64,000 nucleotides of DNA from an uncultured Ignavibacteriales bacterium (lineage in GTDB: Bacteria; Zixibacteria; MSB-5A5; GN15; FEB-12): contig CAZGMK010000003.1 in NCBI GenBank assembly GCA_964526835.1, positions 83,436 to 147,435 of the forward strand, read 5' to 3'. Of this stretch, positions 36,140-45,271 are shown piece after piece. The stretch's first letter is position 1, and every line of letters starts with the position of its first letter. Position numbers and translations under genes: made by a program. The notes under the pieces are model-generated. The model saw only the letters and a list, made by a program, of their open reading frames with translations, was not told the DNA's origin and did not search any database.

Positions 36140-36373
36140 TTAGTACTCAAACAGGCTGTAGCTCAGGCCGTGAGTGTGAACCTCGATCGCCGCATCGGGA
36201 CAGGTAATGGCGCAAATCATGCACCCGATGCATCTCGACGGATCGGCGACTTCGGCATAGAAATAGCCGCGCACCGTGATTTCGTCGGACATCTTGAGTA
36301 TCTTCTGCGGACAGGCTCGTACGCACAACTCGCAGCCTTTGCAGTGGTTCTTGTCAACTGTTACTCCGGGCAT
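36140..36373 (-). CDS. 2-oxoacid:ferredoxin oxidoreductase, delta (2x[4Fe-4S]) subunit
   Basis: 77 aa with CKGCELCVRACP and CIGCMICAITCP. Confidence 0.85.
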   Translation of the reverse strand: MPGVTVDKNHCKGCELCVRACPQKILKMSDEITVRGYFYAEVADPSRCIGCMICAITCPDAAIEVHTHGLSYSLFEY

Positions 36374-36398
36374 TCAATTATCCCCGTCATCTATGGGT

Positions 36399-37169
36399 TC
36401 ATCCCGTCGGCCGCTCCCACGGCCTCAGAAGCTGCCGATCGAGCGGCAGCAGCGGGACTCCAAGCGTCTTCAGTCCTGGTTTCGCCGCCACATCCTTTAT
36501 AGCACTTACGAAAGCTATGGGCATGTTCATATCATTACTTACTTCCCGGGCTAACGCCAGACCACGCCTGACGTCGTCAATCGTTGTGTTTTCCATCAAG
36601 TGCGTATTGGAGATGATGCCGGTGAAACGAAGCCTCGAAGAGGCCTCAATAGCCTGCATCATCTTGCGACAACCCTCCAGATCCGATGTGAACGGGCGAT
36701 AGGCATTCAGCACGAGGAGCAATTCGTAGTCGCTATCGGCCAGGGCATCGGAAAGTGAACTTAACACGCGCGCTCCGACGTCGTCGCCCCCGACATCCAG
36801 GATCACCTGACCCTCGTGGCGGTCAATCGCCCCTTTGATCTCCGGCACGATGATGGGAAGGTCAGCGTGACGCTGGTCGCCGGGCGGAATAATCGGCGTA
36901 ACACCGATCTCAACCAGGCGCTCGGCCGCCTCCCGCGACCGGAAATATGGATTAACTATGTCCAGGTCGGCCAAAGCCACCTGGTCGTGAGTCTGCAGTA
37001 TCAGCAGACGCGCCAGATTGACCGCAACCTCCGATTTGCCGCTGCCATAACCTCCCACGATTATAATCAGTTCCTTCTTGAGTTGGGGCAGGGGAGGGTG
37101 TGTATCTCTGACGACCATCACTATTAAATCCATGCGCCGGACAGTCTTAACCGCCGGCAACTGCGGCAA
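36399..37169 (-). CDS. P-loop NTPase (SIMIBI/G3E-like), function unknown; first gene of the OFOR operon
   Basis: Walker A IVGGYGSGKSEV and a DVGGD (DxxG-like) motif. The start is uncertain: TTG 37169 or ATG 37133. Confidence 0.5.
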   Translation of the reverse strand: MPQLPAVKTVRRMDLIVMVVRDTHPPLPQLKKELIIIVGGYGSGKSEVAVNLARLLILQTHDQVALADLDIVNPYFRSREAAERLVEIGVTPIIPPGDQRHADLPIIVPEIKGAIDRHEGQVILDVGGDDVGARVLSSLSDALADSDYELLLVLNAYRPFTSDLEGCRKMMQAIEASSRLRFTGIISNTHLMENTTIDDVRRGLALAREVSNDMNMPIAFVSAIKDVAAKPGLKTLGVPLLPLDRQLLRPWERPTG

Positions 37170-37284
37170 GATACTGGACTTGTCCGGCCTTTGAAGTCTT
37201 ACTCATCCCGGTCCGGATTCAATATGGTGCGCCGAGAAGCCGAAGTCAAGCCTCTATGTGAAAATCGTAACTATTATAATGCAT

Positions 37285-37313
37285 TTGACACTTCCGGCCG
37301 CCGCTATTATATT
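37285..37313 (+). promoter_or_regulatory. Candidate sigma-70-type promoter for the lipoprotein gene
   Basis: TTGACA (37285-37290), a 17-nt spacer, then TATATT (37308-37313), inside the only AT-rich intergenic stretch. It is 62 nt upstream of ATG 37376. Confidence 0.3.
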
Positions 37314-37375
37314 TTTATCCCCTATTGGCTTAGGGGCGATCAGTCAGTCTCGAACAGCCTTACGCAGGAGCGATA

Positions 37376-38215
37376 ATGGGTGTTTTTTTGCTGGTCAACA
37401 GGTACCTGGCGAGAATCTGCATCGGGTTTTTGGTTCTCATGTTCGTCGGCTGTTCATCCGAAGAGGAGGCCGATTCGGGCATTTCGGAGGCAGACGCACG
37501 GTACTCCGATTGGCTTCTGTACAGTCACGATAATGTCGTACTGCATTACCCGGAGAATCATCCCTTCGCCGACAGGATTCCGGATCTCGCGGCTGGTTAC
37601 CCGGCAGCCATTGAAGCCGATGCCCTTCTGCTACAGATGACTCCTCCGCGCGAGACCCTGCATGTCTTCGTCTACACAGGACCGGGACACGCCCATGAGC
37701 TCACCGGTCAGAGATACCCCTTTGTCGAAGACAACAGCATCCACTACTGGCAGCCGCATTACCTCGGCGAGACTGTGATGGAGTACGTTCTGTCGCGATG
37801 GACCGATGTCAGTCCTCGGTTCAAGTTTCTGCGTGAAGGGCTGATCACGCTCATGGACCACTCACAGACGAGCCACCACGAGAAGGTGAAGGAACTGATA
37901 GAAAACGGAACCCGAATCCCGCTTGATTCCCTCGCTGCCGATACGGTGATGGACCATAACCGGTGGGCCTTGCGCTCGCAGCAGGCGGCTTCATTTGTCG
38001 ATTTCCTGATTTACATGTACGGCCTGCCCGTCCTGAAGGCGCTCTGGGTGTCGCCGACAACCTGGGATGAGGCCGTGCAGAAGCTGCTTCAGATGTCCTC
38101 TACGCAGCTCGACGATGAGTGGGTCGAGTTCGTAGAGCAAGTGTCCGAGGGCAAGCGGCCAGAGCCGAAGACCATGCCCTGGCACGGAGTACCCCCCGAT
38201 TCCGCCAATCAATAG
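37376..38215 (+). CDS. Hypothetical lipoprotein
   Basis: Signal peptide with lipobox-like ..LMFVGC-SSEE. I recognised no family. Confidence 0.5.
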   Translation: MGVFLLVNRYLARICIGFLVLMFVGCSSEEEADSGISEADARYSDWLLYSHDNVVLHYPENHPFADRIPDLAAGYPAAIEADALLLQMTPPRETLHVFVYTGPGHAHELTGQRYPFVEDNSIHYWQPHYLGETVMEYVLSRWTDVSPRFKFLREGLITLMDHSQTSHHEKVKELIENGTRIPLDSLAADTVMDHNRWALRSQQAASFVDFLIYMYGLPVLKALWVSPTTWDEAVQKLLQMSSTQLDDEWVEFVEQVSEGKRPEPKTMPWHGVPPDSANQ

Positions 38216-38224
38216 AGGAGAACC

Positions 38225-38992
38225 ATGGCTGAGCAGAACTGGAAGACATCAATCACCAACATCGGTCCCGGCAAGATCCGGGTTCGCGGCTACGATATCG
38301 CCGAAATCATGGAGAAGTTGTCGTATGCCCAGGTGGTATACCTGATTCTCAAGGGGGAGCTGCCCGGTGAGGCCGAGGCCGAACTTATGAACGCTGTCCT
38401 GGTTTCTTCGATTGACCACGGCGCTACCCCGCCCTCGGTGTTGGGGACTCGGACTGTCATGTCCGGCGGCAATTCTCTCAACGCCGCGATCGCCGGGGGC
38501 GTACTGGTGATCGGAGATACTCACGGTGGAGCGATCGAGAACGCCGCCCGGATCATGCAGGACTGGGCGAAAAAAGAAGGCGCGCCGACAGCCCTGGCCG
38601 GTCAATTGGTCGATTGGCTCAAGGAAGGAAAGCGGCGCATGCCCGGTTTCGGCCATCGCCTGCACAAGATCGATCCGCGAACCGGCAAGCTGTTCGAGAT
38701 TGCAGCGCGGCATGGTTACAGCGGCCGGCATATCGAGCTGTGCAAGGCTGTCGAGAAGGCGCTGGCTGAGAAGACCGGACGGGAATTGCCCATCAACGTC
38801 GACGGTGCTATCGCGGCAGTGATCTCGGATATGGGCTTTGACTGGCGGCTGGGCAAGGCGTTCTTTATCATATCGCGGACGCCGGGACTGGTGGCTCACG
38901 CCTACGAGGAAATGACCCGTGAGCGGCCGATGCGCAAGCTGGGGCCGCTGCCGTTTGAATATGATGGCCCGGAGGATCGGGAGATAGGGTAG
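38225..38992 (+). CDS. Short citrate-synthase-fold protein, citryl-CoA lyase-like
   Basis: 255 aa. Citrate synthase catalytic signatures GDTHGGAIENA and GFGHRLHKIDPR, but only the C-terminal half of a full citrate synthase is present. Confidence 0.65.
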   Translation: MAEQNWKTSITNIGPGKIRVRGYDIAEIMEKLSYAQVVYLILKGELPGEAEAELMNAVLVSSIDHGATPPSVLGTRTVMSGGNSLNAAIAGGVLVIGDTHGGAIENAARIMQDWAKKEGAPTALAGQLVDWLKEGKRRMPGFGHRLHKIDPRTGKLFEIAARHGYSGRHIELCKAVEKALAEKTGRELPINVDGAIAAVISDMGFDWRLGKAFFIISRTPGLVAHAYEEMTRERPMRKLGPLPFEYDGPEDREIG

Positions 38993-39020
38993 CCTGTCGA
39001 GAGCGTCGTATAACAGCGCA

Positions 39021-39049
39021 AAGGCCTCCGCCGGATCGACGGAGGCCTT
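39021..39049. terminator. Candidate bidirectional hairpin between convergent genes
   Basis: AAGGCCTCCG-ccggatcga-CGGAGGCCTT, a 10-bp stem. It lies 29 nt after the + strand stop and 39 nt after the - strand stop. No clear U-tract on either side. Confidence 0.4.
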
Positions 39050-39087
39050 GTCGCTGCGTGTGTGGTGTGTGGTTGAACGCGGGCGGG

Positions 39088-39516
39088 CTAGCCCACCCGT
39101 GAGAATTTGCTCGGATCAATTTGGCCGGATCGGCGTACACTGTCGAGCGAACTGCCGGGTCGGCCTCCGAAGGCTAAGATGGCCATGGCAACGGCGTTGA
39201 GTATCGGCAGGAGGACCAGCAGCCCGACCCAGCCGTCGAATCCGGCCGCCTTTGCGACCTCAAACCAAAGCACGGCAAAGACTATGAGGTTCACCAGCGG
39301 TATCAGGGCCAGGAAGAACCACCACCGCTCTTTGCCGGCCATGTCACAGAGAAGCACGCTGTTCAAAATTGGTACATATGCCCACCAGGCATTGCCGGCG
39401 CATCCGACTTTGTTGGCGATCCGCCACTGCAAGTAAGCTAAGACGAGGTAGACGCCGATAAACACGGCGAAAGACACCAGGCCAAGAGCGCCGCCGGCTG
39501 GATTTGGATCGTACAT
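39088..39516 (-). CDS. Small integral membrane protein (DUF5684-like pattern)
   Basis: Four predicted hydrophobic helices, with ..WWAYVPILNSVLLCDMAGKERWWFFLALIPLVNLI... Start taken at the internal ATG (MYDPNP). Confidence 0.5.
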   Translation of the reverse strand: MYDPNPAGGALGLVSFAVFIGVYLVLAYLQWRIANKVGCAGNAWWAYVPILNSVLLCDMAGKERWWFFLALIPLVNLIVFAVLWFEVAKAAGFDGWVGLLVLLPILNAVAMAILAFGGRPGSSLDSVRRSGQIDPSKFSRVG

Positions 39517-39661
39517 TATCGTATCCTCCTTGGAGAGGCCATTCCGCATCTTTTGCGGATGACAGAGTGCTTATTCTCCATATCGGCCCGGAGCAGGCCA
39601 ATCTGTAGACAATTCGCCTGTCGTCCAGTATCTACTTGAATCCGTTGACCATTGGTGTATA

Positions 39662-40837
39662 ATGGACGCCATGTCGCTGACCGTGCAAAAGGCCCGTCAG
39701 GCCACGCGTATTCTGGACGAACTGAATCTCGATGTCTGGCTGATTGTTGTCCGGGAGACTCCGGTCATGGCCGACCCGATCCTGGATCTGGTGGTGGGCC
39801 TTGAAGCAACCTGGCAATCCTTCTTTCTGTTCAGCCGGTCAGGCGAAGTAGCGGCTCTCGTCGGCAACTTCGACCGGGATGACTATGTCCGATCCGATGT
39901 CTTCACCGAAGTGCTGACCTACACTGAGGACCCAAGCGAGTCGCTGGTCCGGATGCTCGACCGCGCAGCGCCGAGGAGGATCGCCCTCAACTACGACGAG
40001 GACGATGCGTCGGCCGATGGTCTCAGTCACGGAATGTATTTGCGCCTGATGCATTACCTGGCCGACACGTCCTACGCCGATCGAATCACATCCGCCACCG
40101 AACTATGCCGCAAGGTACGGGGGCGCAAGCTCCCGGAAGAGATCCAACGGCTGCGGCGGGCGGCGGTGACGGCCACCGGCGTCTGGGAGGAGATTGCTTC
40201 CAGAATCGAGCCCGGCCTGACCGAGATCGAAGTCGGAGCCCTTATCGACTGCGAGATACGCAGGGCCGGGGGCGAGCCCTCATTTGAGACCATTGTCAAT
40301 GCCGGTGCCAAGACCAATCCGGGGCATGGCAGTCCCACCGATGCAGTGCTGGAGAAGGGCGATCTGTTGCATGTTGACTTCGGTGTACGGCTCGATGGCT
40401 ACTGCTCCGATCTGCAGCGGCTGCTCTGGCTCAGTCAGGACGGCGGTGAAGCCCGTGATGACGTCAAACGAGCCTTTGGATGCGTCCGGGATATTATCAC
40501 CGATTCGGCTGCTCGATGTTTGCCCGGAGCCGTCGGGCACGAGATCGACGCTGCCGCGCGACAGGCCCTGGAGCGGGAAGGTTACGATGTCTTTCAGCAT
40601 GCCCTGGGGCATCAGTTGGGCCGGGCGGTCCACGACGGCGGCGCGATTATCGGGCCGCGATGGAGTCGCTATGGGCGGTCAACGTTGGAGCCTTTGGAAG
40701 AGTCAAATGCGTTCACTCTGGAGCTGGAAGTAATGCTCCCGGGTACGGGCTGTGTGGGGCTTGAGGAGGATGTTGTGATAACCGATTCCGGCGCCGAATT
40801 TCTGTGTCCGCGTCAAATGGAGTTGATCGTTCAATGA
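39662..40837 (+). CDS. M24-family Xaa-Pro aminopeptidase/dipeptidase
   Basis: Creatinase-like N-domain. Metal-ligand contexts HVDFGVRLDGYCSDLQR, GHEID, GHQLGRAVHD, LELEV and EED. Confidence 0.85.
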   Translation: MDAMSLTVQKARQATRILDELNLDVWLIVVRETPVMADPILDLVVGLEATWQSFFLFSRSGEVAALVGNFDRDDYVRSDVFTEVLTYTEDPSESLVRMLDRAAPRRIALNYDEDDASADGLSHGMYLRLMHYLADTSYADRITSATELCRKVRGRKLPEEIQRLRRAAVTATGVWEEIASRIEPGLTEIEVGALIDCEIRRAGGEPSFETIVNAGAKTNPGHGSPTDAVLEKGDLLHVDFGVRLDGYCSDLQRLLWLSQDGGEARDDVKRAFGCVRDIITDSAARCLPGAVGHEIDAAARQALEREGYDVFQHALGHQLGRAVHDGGAIIGPRWSRYGRSTLEPLEESNAFTLELEVMLPGTGCVGLEEDVVITDSGAEFLCPRQMELIVQ

Positions 40838-41664
40838 GATATTCCCCGCTGCTCATTCTGTTCGTGTTGCTCACAATGTCTGGCTGCGCCCCGCGGAAAC
40901 AGGCGCCCTCGGAAGCTCGATACGACCGGCACCCATTCGGCATCGCCGCCGAGGTCGATGACGCCATGATGGTAGTCTCCTGGAAGACCGCGGGACAGGG
41001 TCTGATCAGTGGATACAATATCTATATTAGCGAAGAACCCCTGCTGTCCGACAGCGATGAGCTGCCACCCGGCGCCGAGCCTCACAACAGGACCGTCTAT
41101 GCCGGAGACACCGATCCACACGACGAGATCGAACACTACGAGGCCAGCGGCCTGGAGAACGGGGTATTGTACTATGTTCACGTACGTGTCGTCTATCCCG
41201 ATCGAACCCTTTCGCCGCCCACAGAAGAAATCACAGCTGTATGCGGTCCTCGCGGAGAGATCGAGCTGGCGGTAAGATATCAGGGCAAACCCGACGGCTT
41301 CTCGTTTCTCAGAGACGATTATGTCGATGCCGACGATGTGGCCAATGATTTGTACTATTTCCATCGGGATGGGCGGGACTTTCTGGTTGCGCCCTCAGAA
41401 CTGGGCGGTTTCCAGCGGGCCAACCGTTTCCGTGTGCTCCGGGTGAAAGGTGATCTGGATCAGGTGTCGAAGGACCTGCCTGCCCAGGGTCCCCGGCCCT
41501 CAGACAGCCGCGTCGAGATAGCCAGGGGCGATTGGATCTGGATCATCACGCCGGAGGAGTACCACGCCCTGGTGCGAATCGATGGCTTCACCGGAACCGA
41601 TGAGGTTCCCAGAGTGCGCCTATTCTATGCGTTCGTCCCCAGGTCGGGCGCTCCGATATTCTGA
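40834..41664 (+). CDS. Hypothetical lipoprotein with FN3-like domain
   Basis: ATGA overlap with the M24 stop. MRYSPLLILFVLLTMSGC lipobox. ..VVSWKTAGQGLISGYNIYISE.. is FN3-like. Confidence 0.55.
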   Translation: MRYSPLLILFVLLTMSGCAPRKQAPSEARYDRHPFGIAAEVDDAMMVVSWKTAGQGLISGYNIYISEEPLLSDSDELPPGAEPHNRTVYAGDTDPHDEIEHYEASGLENGVLYYVHVRVVYPDRTLSPPTEEITAVCGPRGEIELAVRYQGKPDGFSFLRDDYVDADDVANDLYYFHRDGRDFLVAPSELGGFQRANRFRVLRVKGDLDQVSKDLPAQGPRPSDSRVEIARGDWIWIITPEEYHALVRIDGFTGTDEVPRVRLFYAFVPRSGAPIF

Positions 41665-41797
41665 GATTGCTCCGGCTAAATCGTTAGCGTTCTGTCTGTT
41701 GAATTGCTGTCGGATTAAGCTGGACACTGATTCGGTCGATACGTATATAGGCTGAAATGTGTGTTGATCGGGGATACCCAAGCAGCAAGGATAGCCG

Positions 41798-42766
41798 TTG
41801 AAATTCGATAAGAATGCTCTCAAGCTCGACTGCGCACGGGTGGTCGATGATCTTAGTTCAATTGTCCTGAAGCACATTCGCGATGACCTCAAGAAGACCG
41901 GCGCCGTGGTGGGGATATCGGGGGGTATTGATTCCTCTGTCTGCGCTGCCCTTTGCAGTCGCATCCTGGGCCCCAGGAAAGTGCTTGGCCTAATGATGCC
42001 CGAAACAGACAGTTCGCCCGACAGCCGCGAATTGGCCGAGAAGCTGGCCGCCAAATTCGGTTTCGAGACAACCGTAGAGGACATCAGTGACGGCCTGGCC
42101 GGTATGGGTTGTTATCGACGACGCGATGAGGCCATTCGGAGTGTCTTTCCCGACTTCTCCCCGGACTGGAAGTGCAAGATCACCATTAGCGGCAGTATCA
42201 CGGACAGCAAGGCCTACAACTTCTTCAACCTGGCTGTCACCGACCCCGACGGAAATACGATGACGAAACGCATGCCGCTGTCGGCCTATCTGCAAGTTGT
42301 GGCCGCCTCGAACCTCAAGCAGCGCCTGCGGATGTCGACTCTGTACTATCACGCCGAGCGCCGCAACTGGGTGGTGGTGGGCACCGGCAACAAAGACGAG
42401 CACATGCAGGGGTTCTTTGTTAAATACGGTGACGGCGGGGCCGATCTCAAACCGATCGCTCATCTGTACAAGATCCAGGTGTACCAGCTTGCGGAGTACC
42501 TGGGCGTTCCCGAAGAGATCATCAGTCGCACTCCGACTACCGACACATACAGCGACGACGTGACTCAGGAGGAGTTCTTCTTCGGCCTGGACTTCTATAA
42601 CATGGATATGATCTGGCATGCCATGGAGAATGACGTGCCGTCCAGCGACGTAGCGGCGGTTCTCGGCCTCAGCGAACAGCAGGTGGAGCGAGCCATGGCC
42701 GGAATTCAGAGAAAGATAGTGGCCACCGAGTATCTGCGCATGGAACCTCTCGTAGTTGGAATGTAG
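41798..42766 (+). CDS. nadE: NAD+ synthase (NH3-dependent type, no glutaminase domain)
   Basis: PP-loop GISGGIDSSV and KQRLRMSTLYY..GTGNKDEHMQGFFVKYGDGGADLKPI. TTG start. Confidence 0.85.
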   Translation: MKFDKNALKLDCARVVDDLSSIVLKHIRDDLKKTGAVVGISGGIDSSVCAALCSRILGPRKVLGLMMPETDSSPDSRELAEKLAAKFGFETTVEDISDGLAGMGCYRRRDEAIRSVFPDFSPDWKCKITISGSITDSKAYNFFNLAVTDPDGNTMTKRMPLSAYLQVVAASNLKQRLRMSTLYYHAERRNWVVVGTGNKDEHMQGFFVKYGDGGADLKPIAHLYKIQVYQLAEYLGVPEEIISRTPTTDTYSDDVTQEEFFFGLDFYNMDMIWHAMENDVPSSDVAAVLGLSEQQVERAMAGIQRKIVATEYLRMEPLVVGM

Positions 42767-42798
42767 TCCTGCTCATCTCTTAGTTATCTCTGATCCCT

Positions 42799-44787
42799 AT
42801 GTGCGGTATCGCCGGCTACTTCAATTTGCAGATTCCTTCCAATCCGGAGGAGCCGCTTATCCGCCGTATGGTCAATTCCATCCGCCATCGCGGCCCCGAC
42901 GAATTCGGTGTCTATATCGATCGGTGGTGCGCCCTGGGTCAGGCTCGATTGTCGATCATCGACCTGGCTTGTGGTTCCCAGCCACTGGCCAACGAGGACG
43001 AGACTCTCTGGATCACCTTTAACGGCGAGATATTTAATTATCTCGAACTGCGCACCGAACTGAAGACACTGGGGCATCGATTCCGGACAGATTCCGACAC
43101 CGAAGTGATAGTCCACGCCTTCGAAGAGTGGGGCAGAGCCTGTCTGGACCGCTTCAACGGCCAATTCGCATTTGTCCTGTACGACTCGATTCGCCGATCT
43201 ATCTTCGCTGCGCGAGACCGCTTGGGCATACGCCCGCTGTTTTGGGCGAAGCAGGATGGACGGCTGCTTTTCGGCTCGGAGATCAAGGCCCTCTTTTGTG
43301 ACCCTCGGGTTCAACGAAAGATAGATCCGCCGGGCCTGAACGAGATCTTCTCCTGGTGGACTACTGCGCCGCCTCGCACCGCCTTTGAGGGCGTCAACGA
43401 ATTACCCGCCGGAGGATGGCTTGACGTCACAGACGGCGACATTCGGCTCGGCCAATGGTGGCGTCTTGATTTTCCCGTGGAGTTCGACCGCTCCCGCAGT
43501 TCCGACTCCTGGGCCGAAGAACTCCACGCCCGTCTGGTGGACTCGGTGCGGCTGCGTCTCCGGGCCGATGTCCCGGTGGGCGCTTATCTGTCGGGGGGCT
43601 TGGATTCTTCAGCTACCACGGCTCTCATCAGGCGTTTCACTGATACACCGGTCGAGACATTCTCGATCGCCTTTCACGACAAGGCCTACGATGAATCGGC
43701 GTTCCAGAGCCAGATGGCCGATCATCTGGGTACACGACACAACCAGATTCGGTGCAGCCATGATGATATCGCCGCAGCCTTTCCGGAGGTCGTGGTGCAT
43801 GCCGAGAAGCCCATCGTGCGCACGGCGCCGGCTCCGCTTTTCCTGCTCTCCGACCTTGTGCGCCGCAGTGACTTCAAAGTAGTCCTGACCGGTGAGGGCG
43901 CCGACGAGATTCTTGGCGGCTACGACATCTTCAAGGAGACCCTGATCCGTCGCTTCTGGGCGCGACAACCGGACTCGGCGTGGCGCCCCCTTCTGCTGCG
44001 TAAGCTGTATCCCACCTTGCCGCTGTCGCCGGGACGGGCCAGGTATTACCTCGAGACATTCTACAAGACGGGCCTGCAGCAGTATGACCGATACTATTAC
44101 TCCCACATGCAGCGAATCAATACGACCTCAAAGCTCAGTGACTTCTTCACCGACGATGTCAGGACCGTGTTGGCCGGGGAAGATGCTCTGGGCGCCTTCG
44201 AAAGAGACCTGCCCGCCGGGTTCGGAGCATGGCATCATCTGCTGAGGGCTCAGTATTTGGAATGTCGATCATTGCTGTCGGGCTACCTTCTGTCGTCTCA
44301 GGGGGATCGTATGGCGGCCGCACACGCAGTCGAATCGCGTTATCCGTTTCTTGATCATCGCGTCGTCGAATTTGCGGCGCAGATTCCTCCGTGGCGGAAA
44401 ATCCGAGGGCTGAATGAAAAGTTCATCCTGAAGCGGGCCATGAAGCGAGAGCTTCCGAGGCAGATTACTGATCGAGTCAAGCAGCCTTACATGGCCCCTG
44501 ATTCAAACTGCTTCTTCCAGGACAACCCTCCGGACTACATTGATCGCGTGCTCTCTCCCGACGCTGTCAGGGCAGCGGGCCTGTTTCAGCCGAAAGCTGT
44601 GAAGGCCCTGCAGGCGAAGTGCAGCCGACTCAAGCATGCCCATTTGTCATTCAGAGACAATATGGCGTTTATAGGCATTCTCTCGACCCAGATTCTCTTC
44701 GAGCACTTCGTCGCTGACTTCAACTGCCCGGAGCCTATGCCGCGCAACCGCTTCAAGGTCTGGGTGGATAGACAGGGCGTGTCATAG
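42799..44787 (+). CDS. Asparagine synthase-family glutamine amidotransferase (AsnB-like)
   Basis: N-terminal MCGIAGY nucleophile and PP-loop YLSGGLDSS. 662 aa. Confidence 0.9.
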   Translation: MCGIAGYFNLQIPSNPEEPLIRRMVNSIRHRGPDEFGVYIDRWCALGQARLSIIDLACGSQPLANEDETLWITFNGEIFNYLELRTELKTLGHRFRTDSDTEVIVHAFEEWGRACLDRFNGQFAFVLYDSIRRSIFAARDRLGIRPLFWAKQDGRLLFGSEIKALFCDPRVQRKIDPPGLNEIFSWWTTAPPRTAFEGVNELPAGGWLDVTDGDIRLGQWWRLDFPVEFDRSRSSDSWAEELHARLVDSVRLRLRADVPVGAYLSGGLDSSATTALIRRFTDTPVETFSIAFHDKAYDESAFQSQMADHLGTRHNQIRCSHDDIAAAFPEVVVHAEKPIVRTAPAPLFLLSDLVRRSDFKVVLTGEGADEILGGYDIFKETLIRRFWARQPDSAWRPLLLRKLYPTLPLSPGRARYYLETFYKTGLQQYDRYYYSHMQRINTTSKLSDFFTDDVRTVLAGEDALGAFERDLPAGFGAWHHLLRAQYLECRSLLSGYLLSSQGDRMAAAHAVESRYPFLDHRVVEFAAQIPPWRKIRGLNEKFILKRAMKRELPRQITDRVKQPYMAPDSNCFFQDNPPDYIDRVLSPDAVRAAGLFQPKAVKALQAKCSRLKHAHLSFRDNMAFIGILSTQILFEHFVADFNCPEPMPRNRFKVWVDRQGVS

Positions 44788-44924
44788 TCCGCAGAAATCG
44801 ATTCAAACAAGCCTTGCACTGATGGTCGGGCGCGCTTATCTATTTGGGTCCGATGCCGATAACATGCGTATCGGCCTGATGGTGGAATACTGGCCGGCGG
44901 TGTCGATTATGGCAGGAGGTACCG

Positions 44925-45170
44925 GTGGATTATCGATCCGAGATTAGGGCGTATATTGTAGACAGCTTCATGATGGGACGAGATCCCGGAGAATTGGCCG
45001 ACGACGGTTCTCTCCTGGATCTGGGCATTATCGACTCTACCGGTGTGCTCGAACTGGTCGGATTCCTCGAAGAGACCTACGGAATCTCGGTCGAGGACGA
45101 GGAACTGGTCCCCGACAATCTCGATACTGTCAATAACCTTGTCGCCTTTGTCGAGCGCAAGCGCTCCTGA
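44925..45170 (+). CDS. Acyl/peptidyl carrier protein
   Basis: 81 aa. LGIIDSTGVLELVGFLEE (DSxG phosphopantetheine Ser context). GTG start after GGCAGGAGG. Confidence 0.75.
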   Translation: MDYRSEIRAYIVDSFMMGRDPGELADDGSLLDLGIIDSTGVLELVGFLEETYGISVEDEELVPDNLDTVNNLVAFVERKRS

Positions 45171-45271
45171 TCGGGGCCGCATCTGGCGAGTTACCGGAAC
45201 ACCGATCGGGGTAACGTATGTTACCAGTGAAGGCGAATGAAAACTGTATCGCAAGCGCCCGACTGTAAACC

